A DNA stretch of 57,116 nucleotides, the filler included, from Sphacelaria rigidula (taxonomy: Eukaryota): NCBI GenBank assembly GCA_964200075.2. It is 8 parts of 8 records of this genome, joined end to end, with 100 filler letters (N's around TTAATTAATTAA, not from the genome) between each part and the next. Parts side by side here need not be neighbours in the genome. Positions count along the whole stretch, not along the records: positions 1 to 7,053 come from CAXNAA020016743.1; positions 7,154 to 14,206 come from CAXNAA020016744.1; 6 more parts are not named here. One strand, given 5' to 3'. Positions 1-11,338 of this stretch are shown in pieces (position 1 is the stretch's first letter; the number at the start of each line of letters is the position of its first letter). The notes below the pieces were generated by a model. It was not told the origin of the DNA. It worked only from the letters and a program-made list of their open reading frames with translations, and did no database searches. The translations under genes were made by a program, and so were the position numbers.

Positions 1-158
1 ATGCGACTCGCCGAGCACACCACGGCGCTTTCCGCTTAGCGAATGATTGCGAGCCTGGTCCGGCGAAAACCCGGCGTGCTCCGTCCCGGCTTTTGTTGGG
101 ATGCGAGGTCAATGGTCATATCTATGACTATAGCAGGCAAGATCATGATTACACCCCC
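1..158 (+). mobile_element. 3' part of C-tract-associated non-coding retroposon (SINE-like, long form), cut by contig start
   Basis: CCTGGTCCGGCGAAAACCCGGCGTGCTCCGTCCCGGC...GGGATGCGAGGTCAATGGTC...CATGATTACACCCC followed by a C-rich tract; bases 1-54 match the reverse complement of 37293-37347 and 52404-52456. Confidence 0.8.
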
Positions 159-2369
159 TCCCCCCCCTTCCTTCCTATCCGTGGAAACTGCTTTTATGTA
201 TATCGAAATGCATACAGGAAAACGGTATGAGTCGGAACAAAAGCTCAACTAGTGCAATGCAACATTCTCGGATCGCCAAAGGGCGCAGGGCTCGGCAGAA
301 AGTGCTCTTGTTTTTAACGGGGCGCAACGGAGGCATGACGTACCCCATGTCGATATCGACAAATTTGATGCGCGCCGCTGTGGTCGAGAAGGGTTCCCGC
401 ATGCTATGCTCTCGGACCTATGGCCTCGGGTGAGCAGTGAAGGCCGCGAACCGGCTGGTCCTTATAGGAATGTGCGGCCCATGTACCCTGTGTTTTGAAT
501 GCGTGAGATGTCATGCGTAGGTTTCAACCTGTCCTCGTCTATAGCACCAGAATTGCAGTAGTAATCATAAAACATTTTGTTTTCCCGTTCATGGCATGCT
601 CCAGAGTAGGGCACACCGTGCACACGGCTTGGGAGGAAACCAAATAACAGCGCCCTTGTGAAAGTGTGCGGTCATGGAGAAGCAGTACAAGCAGTACATA
701 AGAGTCCCCGGATACCAACGGCGACGCCGGTGTTCGCCTGCAGTGAGGACGCAATGCATGCCATAGGAGCTGTAGGAACGAATGGGGGAGTGGCGAATTC
801 ATCTGCAGATGATGGAAAGATACGTGGAAGAGGCAGAAGCAGCGTGCGTCCGTGTGCTGCTGCGCATTGCACAGACTAGCGGATTTGCGGTAGGACAGTC
901 CGCACGCTCTTTGTGGGTCGGCAGCCGGAAAGTGGGTCCATGTATACTGCCCTACCCTGGAGGGCGCGGGTACGATTTCAAGCGCTATTCCGAGACCATA
1001 ATAGCAGCACCCTTCGCGCGCTGGGAGAAGCCACGACAAACTATCATGCGGTAAGAACCCCCAGGTGGTAGTGGTGGTGAAGTATGATCGCAATGACTTG
1101 CCCAAAAAATGAGTATTGAGGATATCGGGTATACGGTATCGGGCCGATCCTTGAAACATCTACTCTTCCGATGAAAAGCAGGTACGTTTCACGTACTTTC
1201 TACGATTTTGCGGCATGTGTTGTCGCACTATTTGAACAACCTAAGTTGGCTATTGAAAGGTAGCTAATGCTATGCTATCTCTAGGCACGATTTGGTTTAC
1301 CGTTTATGCTCGCCATACATTTACGAACGTTTCGATAGTGGTTGGCTTATGTCGTGTTGGAGTTGTGACAACCGGTACTATTCCCTAGTTTGGCTATCCT
1401 TTTTACGGTAGAGGGTTGAATGGAGTCTCTGTGGTATTGGTGTAAGCAGTTTGGGTTATGCAGATGATTTATCGCCGATGGTGAATATATTTCTTCACCT
1501 ACGCAGCTTCTTTTTGAAATTCTGAAGCTATTTATCTAATGCTATTTACCCCCCGCCGCTCTCCCCCATCCCTCCACCCAGCGCGATGTTCGAACTGAAA
1601 TCGCCAGTTGAAAGTTGAGTTTTGATTTGATTGATGATTGATTGTCGCACTTTAACTGACCCCCCAGGGGTCTACCCGTGGTCTCATGATAGACGTTCCC
1701 GAGAAAAAAAAACTGAAACACGCTCTGAGAAAAAGAAGGAACAGAAAAAAAAAAGAGTCGAACAGAACGACATAGACTAGGTCCTGATGAAAAAAAAAAT
1801 GAAATGTCAACACAAGTAAAGCACAGAAAGAAATGGCCGACCTGAGCGTATCGCGGACAGTCTTGAGGGTGAAGGTGGTCGGAATGACGAGCTTTATCGC
1901 TACTCAGGTGGGACGACAACGCCTTTTATTCTACGGGGGTAGTGCTTCTCTTGCATGTATTCTAACGTTCAGTAACCAAGCACTTTCCCCCTACGCGGGC
2001 CCGGAGGAAATTTTGACGCCTTCTATACATTCTCTTTACACCTCGCTCCTCGCCCCTCGTACTTTTCAAGATTGTTCCTTTTTGCGATGTTTTTTTCGCG
2101 CTTTACGTTTCCGCGACCTTGTTGCTGTTGATGGTTGTAATCGGGGCGGGATCGGACTCCAAGGTATTTTGTGGTTGACCACCAATATCATTACGTGTGA
2201 TATTGCTGCGTTCGCTGATCGCTACTCCCGTCTTTGGTCGTGCGTTTGGTCATCGCAAAGCGCCTTGTCCGAGCTGGAGCAGGGCGTGGGGTGGCCGAAC
2301 ATTCTGCTGAGACCCTGCAAATCTCATTGTCCGCCGATTCAGGGGGAGGTGGGACAAACGACGACGGCG

Positions 2370-2720
2370 TGATGCCCGGTTATGTCATCTCATTCAACTT
2401 CTGGCGAGAGTCGAGGGTTGGCGGACCCCGCCCGTACTTGGAATAGCGGGATGTTCCTCGGACCCGATGGACCTCACGAGGGAAATTCACAACGAGCAGT
2501 GCCGCAAGAAGTACGCCGAGCTCAGCAGTTATTGGCATTTGCCCGGAATGAACCTGAACGTGCACGAGAAGCGCCACTCCAAGCTTCCAAATTCTTTTTG
2601 CTAACCTCACCGGTATGACTTTCGACGCGTTCACGTTCGCCACGATCTTGCTGAACGAGTTCGAGAACGTCTCCATCAACCGGCGCTCATCAGCCTTGAT
2701 GCTTGGACACACCAAGAATC
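2370..2720 (+). pseudogene. Possible decayed Ty1/copia gag (UBN2-like) fragment
   Basis: Frameshifted translation ...KKYAELSSYWHLPGMNLNVHEKR/FQILFANLTGMTFDAFTFATILLNEFEN resembles the copia gag helical pattern; judged by eye only. Confidence 0.3.
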
Positions 2721-4562
2721 ACGCCACCCAATGTCAGACAGCTTGCTGAAATGAACTGTGGACCTGTGAGAGATGCTTTTGTAGTTCGCCCGTGATGAGA
2801 TCTTTCGACGCATATGGCAACATGCGCATTACACACCTCAACACTCTCTAGGATAGCCTCGCGCGGGGGGAGCGGGGGCTGGGGGGGCGGGGGGGGGGGG
2901 GCGACATGACGACGCACACCTGGGGATGATGTTTTATGTATTGCTCTATCGACCTCACTTCCTGTGTGGCCTTGCCCTACTTGGCTTGGATATTTAGTCC
3001 AGTATTCTTTGGGGTGTTTCCGTCGCCATCTAGGCGAGTGTTTTTTCTTGTGTCTCCGTTGCCTTTTTATTTCTTGTTTAAATTTGACTTTCATTTACCC
3101 TTTGTTTCTTCCTGCCCCTTTTCTGTATTCGATGGTTTAAAATTTCGTTCCTCTGGGTCGTGTTTTGTATCTGGATTATTGCGATCGTCTTGTGACCATA
3201 GCTGGATTCGCAGTTGATGGATTATTATGTGATAAATGTATCAACTCAAATTATTCAAGGACGGGACTTCATCAACTTCAGGCCGGTACCCAGCCCACCC
3301 CCGTCTCTGGATGATGGAGAAATACCTCGAGTACATGTTTTTTTCCCTGTTTCTTGAACGGTACGCACAATAGAGCAATGCCTTTACCGCCCACGGCCCA
3401 CCTGCAGGTGAGAAGCTAAAGAATGACGAGTTTTCGCTGTCTTTGAAGCCCAAAACCGATGACGTTTCGCTGCCTTCGGATGAACCGTTCAGCCGCGGGT
3501 CTGAACAAAACGGCTGATGTGAAGAAAACACTTGCTCGTGCATACTCACGACTGACTGTCTGCAGCGATACTGTACCGTACCGTACCGTACAAATCGGTC
3601 ATAAGTTTGGTCGTGCGGGTAAGTGCTTCCTGAATTTGCGATCGTCAGATCCAAACAAAAAACCTGCTGAGTGTGCTGTACTGTTTTGTATGCCAGGGTA
3701 CTGGATTATACCGAGATCTTCCTTCGGGTCGGTAGTGATGCAAATACCTCAAGAGGAAGCCCTTTTCTTCGCGTTTCTTTGTCAGTGCGCGCAATGGGTC
3801 AATGGCTTTGCCATTCACAGCTCGCCTGTGCGTCAGCACCACAAAAGTGAGGCGATTTCGCTGCCCGCGGATTTTGCGTTCAGCCACGGGTCTGAACAAA
3901 TGGGGGTGATGTGAAGGTGATCGGTGCTTGCGTGCTTGCGTACGGCTGTTGTAGCGGTGTACTGTGCATTACTACTCAATCGACCGTGCGGGCACATGCT
4001 TCAAATTGCGTCAGTGCATCGACGTATAGCACGCGACTGCCAACACACGGGTGCCGCGTCCAGAGAAATTGACGTTTGCATCTCGTTGCACATCCCTTAT
4101 TCGCTGACCGTTACCAGAGTGGTATCTCACGTCATGTACGACCTGGGTGGTGTTTTCAAACTGCGGTGGCTTTATGGTCGCGGTAACAAAACCTGGTGTA
4201 TGCATGGCATTGTGTGCGTGTGTAAGACATACCAAGCAGAACAGCATGGGCGGAGCCGCACTAGCGGATGCAGGGAGCCTGCCACGGTGCGGTGTACTGT
4301 ACTATCAAAGTAGTCGCTATAGTTGATCTTCGTTTTGGTTTTGAACCAACTCAGTGGACTGCCCATCGTCGTACCGTCGTGCCTGTACAATCGTCGGCCT
4401 GTTGCCAACAGCATCGATCACAAGATCGGAAAAGACGGTTAACCCTTAGACCGCGAGATTGGTCTTTCTGGACTATGCATACTTGTTTTCACTTGAAATT
4501 GATGCCGATTCAACAGAAGACTAACCTCGCGGTCCAAGGGTTAACCATTAGTTTCACAAATA

Positions 4563-5164
4563 CAGAGGCGGTCACCACTTAAGAATACCTTATTTTGAGC
4601 GAGGCTCAGTTCTTGTTGGCTGCCCCAACCCGAGCACAAGTTCTTTTTCTCCATGTTCTTATTTCGTCGCCCCATCCTTGTCCAAAATCCGTGTTCTTGT
4701 TCTTATTTCAGCACCGATTGCTTAACTGGTGTGCAACAGTCACTATGCACAAGTTCTTATTTGCCAAGATATTTTTTTGTCGTGCCATCCGTGTCCAAAA
4801 GCGATGCTCTTGTCCGTATTTCAACACTGATTGCTCCAATGGTGTGCTGCAGCAGTCAGCAGTCAGTACTACGGCACTTTGGTGGCACTCGACTGCACTC
4901 GGCGGACATGAGAACACGGGTGCTGCTGTTTGGCGCAAGAAAACACCCCTCCATGGGGCAACTATCAACCTTCTTGGTCGAAAAGCGTGACGTTGCGGGT
5001 TCTTGTTCTTCTATGTAGCTGCAGCGGTACACCTCATGTGCGGGTTCTTGTTCTTAACCCCAGGTCCAATTTGAGCACGTGTTCTTATGAGCAAGTTCTT
5101 AATATTTCAAATTTTTGAGGCTCAAATTCTTAAGTGCCGTATTCTTAAGTGGTGACCGCCTCTG
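4563..5164. mobile_element. MITE, Tc1/mariner-like (602 bp)
   Basis: Perfect 26-bp TIR CAGAGGCGGTCACCACTTAAGAATAC at both ends; TA at 4561-4562 and 5165-5166; no coding capacity. Confidence 0.9.
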
Positions 5165-5299
5165 TATCTGGCGAAGAAAAAATGAAGCATCTCTCAATAC
5201 GAACTTTCGAAATATCCCGGAGCGTGCAGGCGTTCAGGTTTCAACTTGAAAAGCCCGTGAGAGAAATCGCTGTACATTCAAGCTTGGTTTTTCACCCTG

Positions 5300-6200
5300 A
5301 ACCAGCCTATGTAGCATTTCCCGCATCGTGCACTGCACCTCCTCCATTGGCATCTCTTCGCCATCCTCAACTCTTGGAGCACCAGATGATACCACATCTG
5401 AGACAAGGGATTGGTCAGCGACGAGCTCCTTTGACATGGTCTCGACCAAGACTGCATCGAAGATGTCGAATAATAGCGACACGAAACGCGTCCTTGCCTG
5501 ATGCTTGGCAGACGCCGAACCACGCTGATACTTCACCGTCATCCAGCAGCTGTACCTGAGCTTGCGTGCCATCGTGGATCATTCGGAGGACCTTGATCGT
5601 CCGCGGCGGGACGCCAAATCGGGCAGGCACTTCCCACGAGAGCGTGCGGTCTGCGGAGTCGTGAGTCTTCTGCAGGTCGATGAAGCACATGTTGGGTAGG
5701 GCATTGGCCGCACATCTCACTTCTTGTAGTCGGCGCACCACGCACGTCGTGTCGGTGACCGATCTGTGGCGCCGGGGATCCGCGCTGTTTTTCAGGAGAT
5801 ATCCCGGCCTCCTTGCAGGAACGACCCAGCCTGTTCTCTAAGATCTTGAGGAGACTTTTCCCAGCAAGAGGGAGATGCCCCTGCAGTTAGCACACTCGGC
5901 TGTGTCCTTCTTATCTAGCCCGCTGATACATTTGTATTGTCTTTCTACTCCTGTGGCACCTCGCGGATGTCTACCCGACGGCGATGATGTCGCAGAAGTC
6001 GTGAAGAATCTCCCGAGGCTCCACGACCGCCCAAGCTCGAGGAGTGGAGCAGGTGGCCCGTCCGGGTCCATCGCTTCGCCGTTAGCCGTAGCACTCAGGA
6101 CTTCCTCAGTTTCACTTGGCCTCGGCGGGTTTCCAAGCGACAACGCTGTCAATCGTTGTGCGATGTTCACGATGACGCCTTGGTCGATAGTTACCGATAT
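5300..6200 (-). pseudogene. Decayed non-LTR (RTE-like LINE) reverse transcriptase fragment
   Basis: Frameshifted motifs in order: ANGEAMDPDGPPAPLLELG, KKDTAECANCRGISLL, MCFIDLQKTHDSADRTLSWEVPARFGVPPRTIKVLRMIHDG, ...SLLFDIFDAVLV; ends just before the YADD motif. Confidence 0.9.
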
Positions 6201-6470
6201 GACATCCAGAAAGGTGAAGAAAAATACCGTTCACATCTCTCAAATATTGAATCTGTCCCGCAGAAGGTTCTCGCCCTCGTCCCTGGTACACAGCGCGCTT
6301 TCTACTTTTCGTCCCCTGCCAGACTCCACCCTTCTTTCAGACATCTGCACCATCCTCTCATGACCGCAATGCCGATGTACACCCTCAGGTACCTGTCACA
6401 CCTCAGATTGGATAACTTTTTTGAGTTTCCTGACGCTACTCTCAAAGCGCGCATGCGGGATCTCCCCTCA

Positions 6471-6726
6471 GAGTGATGCTACGGTAGGGGTGCACAAATA
6501 TTTTCCGAGGTTAGAATTGTTGGGAGCCCGTGATCTCATCCAAACGCGGCTTATAAAAATATGCGAGAGTACGCCAGGATTACTATTTCAATATGCTGGG
6601 AATATCCCGACTGAATTTGTAAAGGGGGATGCCCTGGCCCATATTCTTGTGCATCTAGAACCGTTAGGAACCTTTGGACCAGACAAGATTTCGGGCAAAA
6701 AGTGCACCCCTACTGTAGCATTGCTT
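6471..6726. mobile_element. MITE family S1 (256 bp), Sola2-like termini
   Basis: TIR GAGTGATGCTACGGTAGGGGTGCAC / GTGCACCCCTACTGTAGCATTGCTT; 4-bp TSD CTCA (6467-6470, 6727-6730); homologous to 21681-21937. Confidence 0.85.
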
Positions 6727-7053
6727 CTCAGTCCTCTTTGCACCGTTAACATCGCCCTTTCCCTCTCATGTTAGGTCTGTTCGTAGTCACCTTGGCAAAA
6801 TATCTATATACTTGTTTTGTCCAATGAGTACATTCGGGTATGGGGTGCAGATCGTATTTCCCCAACGGAGGTACCCACGATGCGATGATTAGGTTGTCGA
6901 AAACACACGAAGTTGGGGGCATGATCATTCAAAAAAAGGAAAGTGTCGTAGTCACAGCTTTGAGGCCGCTTAGGGCGAAGTTACCACACGTCGGACAGAT
7001 CAGTTTCTATGCGATCCAGCTCCTACAGGTGAAGTATGAACACACTTGTGTAC

Positions 7054-7153
7054 NNNNNNNNNNNNNNNNNNNNNNNNNNNNNNNNNNNNNNNNNNNNTTA
7101 ATTAATTAANNNNNNNNNNNNNNNNNNNNNNNNNNNNNNNNNNNNNNNNNNNN
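7054..7153. other. Artificial contig spacer N44-TTAATTAATTAA-N44
   Basis: Six-frame stop linker between N runs; the same linker recurs at 14207, 21359, 28511, 35663, 42815 and 49966. Confidence 0.98.
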
Positions 7154-7163
7154 GGGGGTCCGC

Positions 7164-7209
7164 CCCTACAAAGCCGGGACGGAGCACGCCGGGTTCTCGC
7201 CGGACCAGG
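7164..7209 (-). mobile_element. Fragment of C-tract retroposon (short form)
   Basis: CCCTACAAAGCCGGGACGGAGCACGCCGGGTTCTCGCCGGACCAGG, identical to 37040-37085. Confidence 0.85.
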
Positions 7210-9721
7210 CTAGCTAGTACAGGGGGCGTTTTATTTTTATTTCGGCCCAAGGCAAATCGATCGAATGCCCCTACAGCATGAACCGTCGAAACCAACTATT
7301 CACTTCCACTAACGTAATAGTGATCGGCAAACACGCAGTTGCACGTGGCACAGTGGCGCGTGCGCTACCCTGTTCCAAGGCAGGGTGAACACTCTGCAGT
7401 AAGACGGTAACGGTAGGCTGCATGGCAAAATGAGAACGCAGCTTCGGCTAAACCTATGCGTAGTCAGTCATCCAACGAAGCGCGTCACCATAGCACTTAC
7501 GTGGATGTGAACAAGCCGGGACAGGACCGAAGAGCAACTACAAAAAATCGCTCAGCAGCTACCAGCAGTGTACCAACGAAGGGACAGATATGTACCATCA
7601 ATGCGTGAAGCGGGGACAACGCACGGCAGAGTCAACTGTTGTGCAATGCAACTAAACCCAGTATAACCTAACACCTTAGACAGTCAGCATAACACGGGGG
7701 CGCCTCACTAAATACAAGAAAAACACGCAGACATAAAACCCGACTTGCTGACTACGGTGCGGCTTCAGTAGACGAACACAACGCCAAGCAACACGAGTAA
7801 GACTTTACCAACCAGGCAGAAGAACGTCCGTTTCGACGCCAATTGTCATACTGATGGGGTACGTAATGGATTGGCTGGGGTCTCTCAGTATGAGTGCCAG
7901 GGGATACTATAGTTCCAGCTCACCAAGTTTTTAACGTGCGCACACTCATACAGACCTTGGCAATCCATCAAGCACACATCACAGTATAAACATTTCTGGT
8001 TGGAGACTCAGATGTTGATAGTATCATATTATATCTACAAGCAGCTCTCTACTTCAGTACAGCTGCGGCGCAGTCATAGAAGCAGAGCATAGTGATGGTG
8101 CCAGAGTAGCAGGAGTAACTAGGCCAGCAAGCTAGGCAGGTCAGCAAGTGCCAACGGTGGGGCCAGCGGATTCTAGCCGCGCTCAACCCCCAATAATGAC
8201 AAAAACAAACGCGGAAACAACGCGTCACGGAACCCAGGGTTTACGAGCAGACCCGCAAATCGTGATACTTGCAACGCCGCTGAGCTTCATCACAGCCTCC
8301 CCTATCTCAGCATGACTCGAATGCAAAGTAGAAGCTGTACTTTAGAGCCAGGGACGTACGAACTGCCCGCTGACGGAAATGAGCTGTTCACCGCCTTGGC
8401 ACATCTGTGTACTGCCTCCAACAGCGTGAAGGTGAATTCCCTCGCCCTTGCAACTTCCTGACAGCATGAGATGGAGACTGCGAACCAGTGTGCGATACAA
8501 TTTCGTACAACCAATAGACGGTTTGAGTCTGCTGAACGGAGAGTCAACAGAGTCCAAGGTACACCATGCCGTGGCCCATGGCAGGCGCTTTCTTCAACTT
8601 CATGATATTAGAGGCTGTCGCATTCTTCCAAGAGAGTGACATTATCGAAAATGCCAAAGAAACGCCTATCGTGTGACGCCATTGCACGTGCTCGCTCCAT
8701 GAGGCGAGCAGCAGGCAATTAGCGCCAGGACTTCGCTTCCTCAGCTTCTCACACGAGAGAAACGCGACCTCTCGTCCCTTCGCTGCGGGTGTGTAAGCCA
8801 CTCAATCCCTCGTAGCGTAGCCCGGCTGTAGCATTATTGGTGTTAACTTGGTGAAAATGTATGATTTTTGAAACAACGATACGTGACAACAAGAAACACA
8901 AAATGTTATCATTTGCTGATACACATAACTGTAGCGCAGCGTCGGTGTTCTATTTCCCTGCAGGGCGCTGACCCAGCAGTTGATCAAGCGTCAGAAACGT
9001 TTGTACTCGACACAGCATACTATATCTCCTACCGTAAGAAAATAGCATATATTTACTCATGACACTCAGTATTCTGTACCCTCTCCTCCTCCCTTTGCTG
9101 TGGAAACTTGTACACCATGAACGGACGGCCTTTACTTCACCGGTTCCACCTTGTTGCAGGTACTGAAACTGGTGCCACATCCTCAACAACTGCCTCTACA
9201 TCTTCACTAAATCCCAGCAGTCAACACCACCTCGTGAGAGGTTCTCCCGATTGATCCAAGTCACAGACAAAAACCACTTCATATTGCCGGGGAGCACGTG
9301 CAGCCGCATATCCCTCTTCCGCCCGAAACCTCGCACTTTCGATTGTCTAACTATCTCTTGCTGACGGCGAATATCTCCATGATGTCAGCGCTCCGGCTCG
9401 TCTCCTTGAGGACAGTTACAATCTTCGATTTATCTTTAAATGTCCGCGTCACACATTCGGTCACGGAACGACAGGTCCGGCAAAGTCGATGGCAGGTGTG
9501 CTGACATCGAGGGCACGGGACCCAATACCGTGGCATTCATTTGCGCACTCTTGTCACCTGAAATATATATGAGATGGACACTGTGCTGCTCTCTCAAACA
9601 AACGTGCCACCAAGCGAGACAGATATGGAATACCACGTAGGTAGGCCGACGATAGTATACCCTCACCACCAGCCTCCACTTATATTAACAGTACCTCAAT
9701 CATCACCCCCCGCCTACCGAC

Positions 9722-9790
9722 TGCTCCGTCTCGAAAGGGATGCGGGGTCAATGGTCAGACGACTAAGGCAAGCAACAAATGAGCACGCCG
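9722..9790 (+). mobile_element. 5'-truncated LINE 3' end
   Basis: TGCTCCGTCTCGAAAGGGATGCGGGGTCAATGGTCAGACGACTAAGGCAAGCAACAAATGAGCACGCC; C-rich sequence on both sides. Confidence 0.8.
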
Positions 9791-10057
9791 TAGATCCTCC
9801 CCCACCCGACCCCGCGCCGCCCCCACCCCAGGCCAAGCNNNNNNNNNNCCCCTCCCACCCGCTCCGTCTAGAAAGGGGCGGGGGGGCCAAGGCAAAACAA
9901 CAAAAGAAAAAAAAAAAAGAGTCCCCCCCCCCCCCCCCCCCCCGCCTACCCACGACAAGATTGTATACGTCAAAAGCGGGTACGAGGGCAAATCTGGACA
10001 CCCGTTGTTGACATGATTCGTGCTCACCCCGTTCACGTCAAGACCGTCCTAGGGTGA

Positions 10058-11338
10058 TCAATGCCCCGTCGAAAAACGGATTGATTCCATGATGAAATCC
10101 TCATACCCGGGGAAGTACTTGTTCACAAGCTCCTCGAAGCACTCTCGCTCGGTAGCATCCACCACCACATCGGCACGAAGTGTACCTTTGCTCATAGTCT
10201 CTGGGGTTGCTGTGATCGCCTCATCGCGTCCTTCGCCACTTTGAGCACCAGCCGATGATGTGCGTTTTTTCGAACGCAGCACCGCGAGTACCTTAGCGAA
10301 ACATGCGGGGTCGCAGTCCAGCTGCCGTCGTCCCTGTGCATCCACGGCGCTCCTGCTTGTCTGCCATCTTTTACTGAACATGGCAGCGAGAGCAGAATCG
10401 GGACACGCCTGAAGAGTGGACCACAGCGTTGACATGGGCGTTCCACGAACGATGAGCTCCACGACTACGTCAGTTTCACCCATGAATCTTGGACCGTAGA
10501 GTTCTGTCATTGTCTGCACCGCCTCGTCAAGCCTAGCATTGATCTGTGCCACCTTAACTCTGGCACGCTGTAGTGATTCTCGTTCGCGACGGACGCACTC
10601 GACAAGAAAGGCTTCACTGCTATCCACGTCGCCATCCCCAACGGACGAATACTTGGTCTTGATGTCAATGGGGGTGGCATACGATATTGCTTGGTGCTGT
10701 GTGGATTTCGCGCCTCCACACGTTTCCACAACGAACACCTCTACGTCCACGACAGCCCTTTCGTTCAGACGGTTATACGCTTCAAGTGACTGTATCGGCA
10801 CCTCGTATGTGCTGTCGTCGGCGGCTTTGCAAATGACTGCAGATGTGTTGCAACCGTCTCCATTGGTGGTCAGCGATACTTTGAGTTCATTATTGCCAAA
10901 CGTTGGCCCGGAGTTCTTGTCACAGAATACTGCCCTAGGCCGGGCGTCCGTGTGCCACACCCCCTTGTTTATCCCCCACTTTGTCGCGTGTGCATGGCTC
11001 GCCGTACGATGTCCTGTGTCGTCCCGTAGCATAAAGATAAACGCTGCTGCAGAGTCTTTGTATGAGTGTTCCCCCGACCACGAAACATCCGAGAATCCCC
11101 CCACAATGCTCTCCTTCGCGGACGAGATTATATTTCTAATCCTCACCAGTGTGATCGTAGGCCCAACATTATCACATTTGGAGTGGAAACGTGCCGTACT
11201 GAATCCGTCCCGAGATGCTCGATACAGTAGTCGTAGCTCTCGAGGCTCCTCCGGACACCCATCCCTAAGTAGCCGATAGAAACTAGCACGGTCCCCGGGG
11301 CCCAGCACAGTACTTGCTCCCAGCAACGTAGAAACAGC
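10058..11338 (-). CDS. Terminal exon of a TLDc + coiled-coil + KCTD-type BTB/POZ protein (5'-partial)
   Basis: Uninterrupted frame of ~425 codons; TLDc motifs LRLLYRASRDGFSTARFHSKCDNVGPTITLV, IVGGF...W, AFIF, GPTFG..EL, VDVEVF; BTB motif VVELIVRGTPMSTLWSTLQACPDSALAAMFS...DAQGRRQLDCDPACFAKVLAVLR; no in-frame ATG upstream before the stop at 11384-11386; candidate acceptor TTCAG| at 11339-11343. Confidence 0.9.
   Translation of the reverse strand, partial: AVSTLLGASTVLGPGDRASFYRLLRDGCPEEPRELRLLYRASRDGFSTARFHSKCDNVGPTITLVRIRNIISSAKESIVGGFSDVSWSGEHSYKDSAAAFIFMLRDDTGHRTASHAHATKWGINKGVWHTDARPRAVFCDKNSGPTFGNNELKVSLTTNGDGCNTSAVICKAADDSTYEVPIQSLEAYNRLNERAVVDVEVFVVETCGGAKSTQHQAISYATPIDIKTKYSSVGDGDVDSSEAFLVECVRRERESLQRARVKVAQINARLDEAVQTMTELYGPRFMGETDVVVELIVRGTPMSTLWSTLQACPDSALAAMFSKRWQTSRSAVDAQGRRQLDCDPACFAKVLAVLRSKKRTSSAGAQSGEGRDEAITATPETMSKGTLRADVVVDATERECFEELVNKYFPGYEDFIMESIRFSTGH

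Noticed and set aside
227-1159. Coding-looking ORFs at the start of contig 1
   Set aside because: No recognisable motif and inconsistent frames; I cannot support a call without a search.
3300-3920. Two ~200-bp diverged direct repeats ending GGGTCTGAACAAA..GATGTGAAG
   Set aside because: The similarity is real, but there are no termini, TSD or coding signal to interpret it.
7098-7109. Recurrent TTAATTAATTAA palindrome at ~7152-bp period
   Set aside because: Artificial six-frame stop linker; the periodicity comes from length sorting of contigs.
10539-11279. 246-aa + strand ORF
   Set aside because: Antisense shadow of the TLDc-BTB exon.
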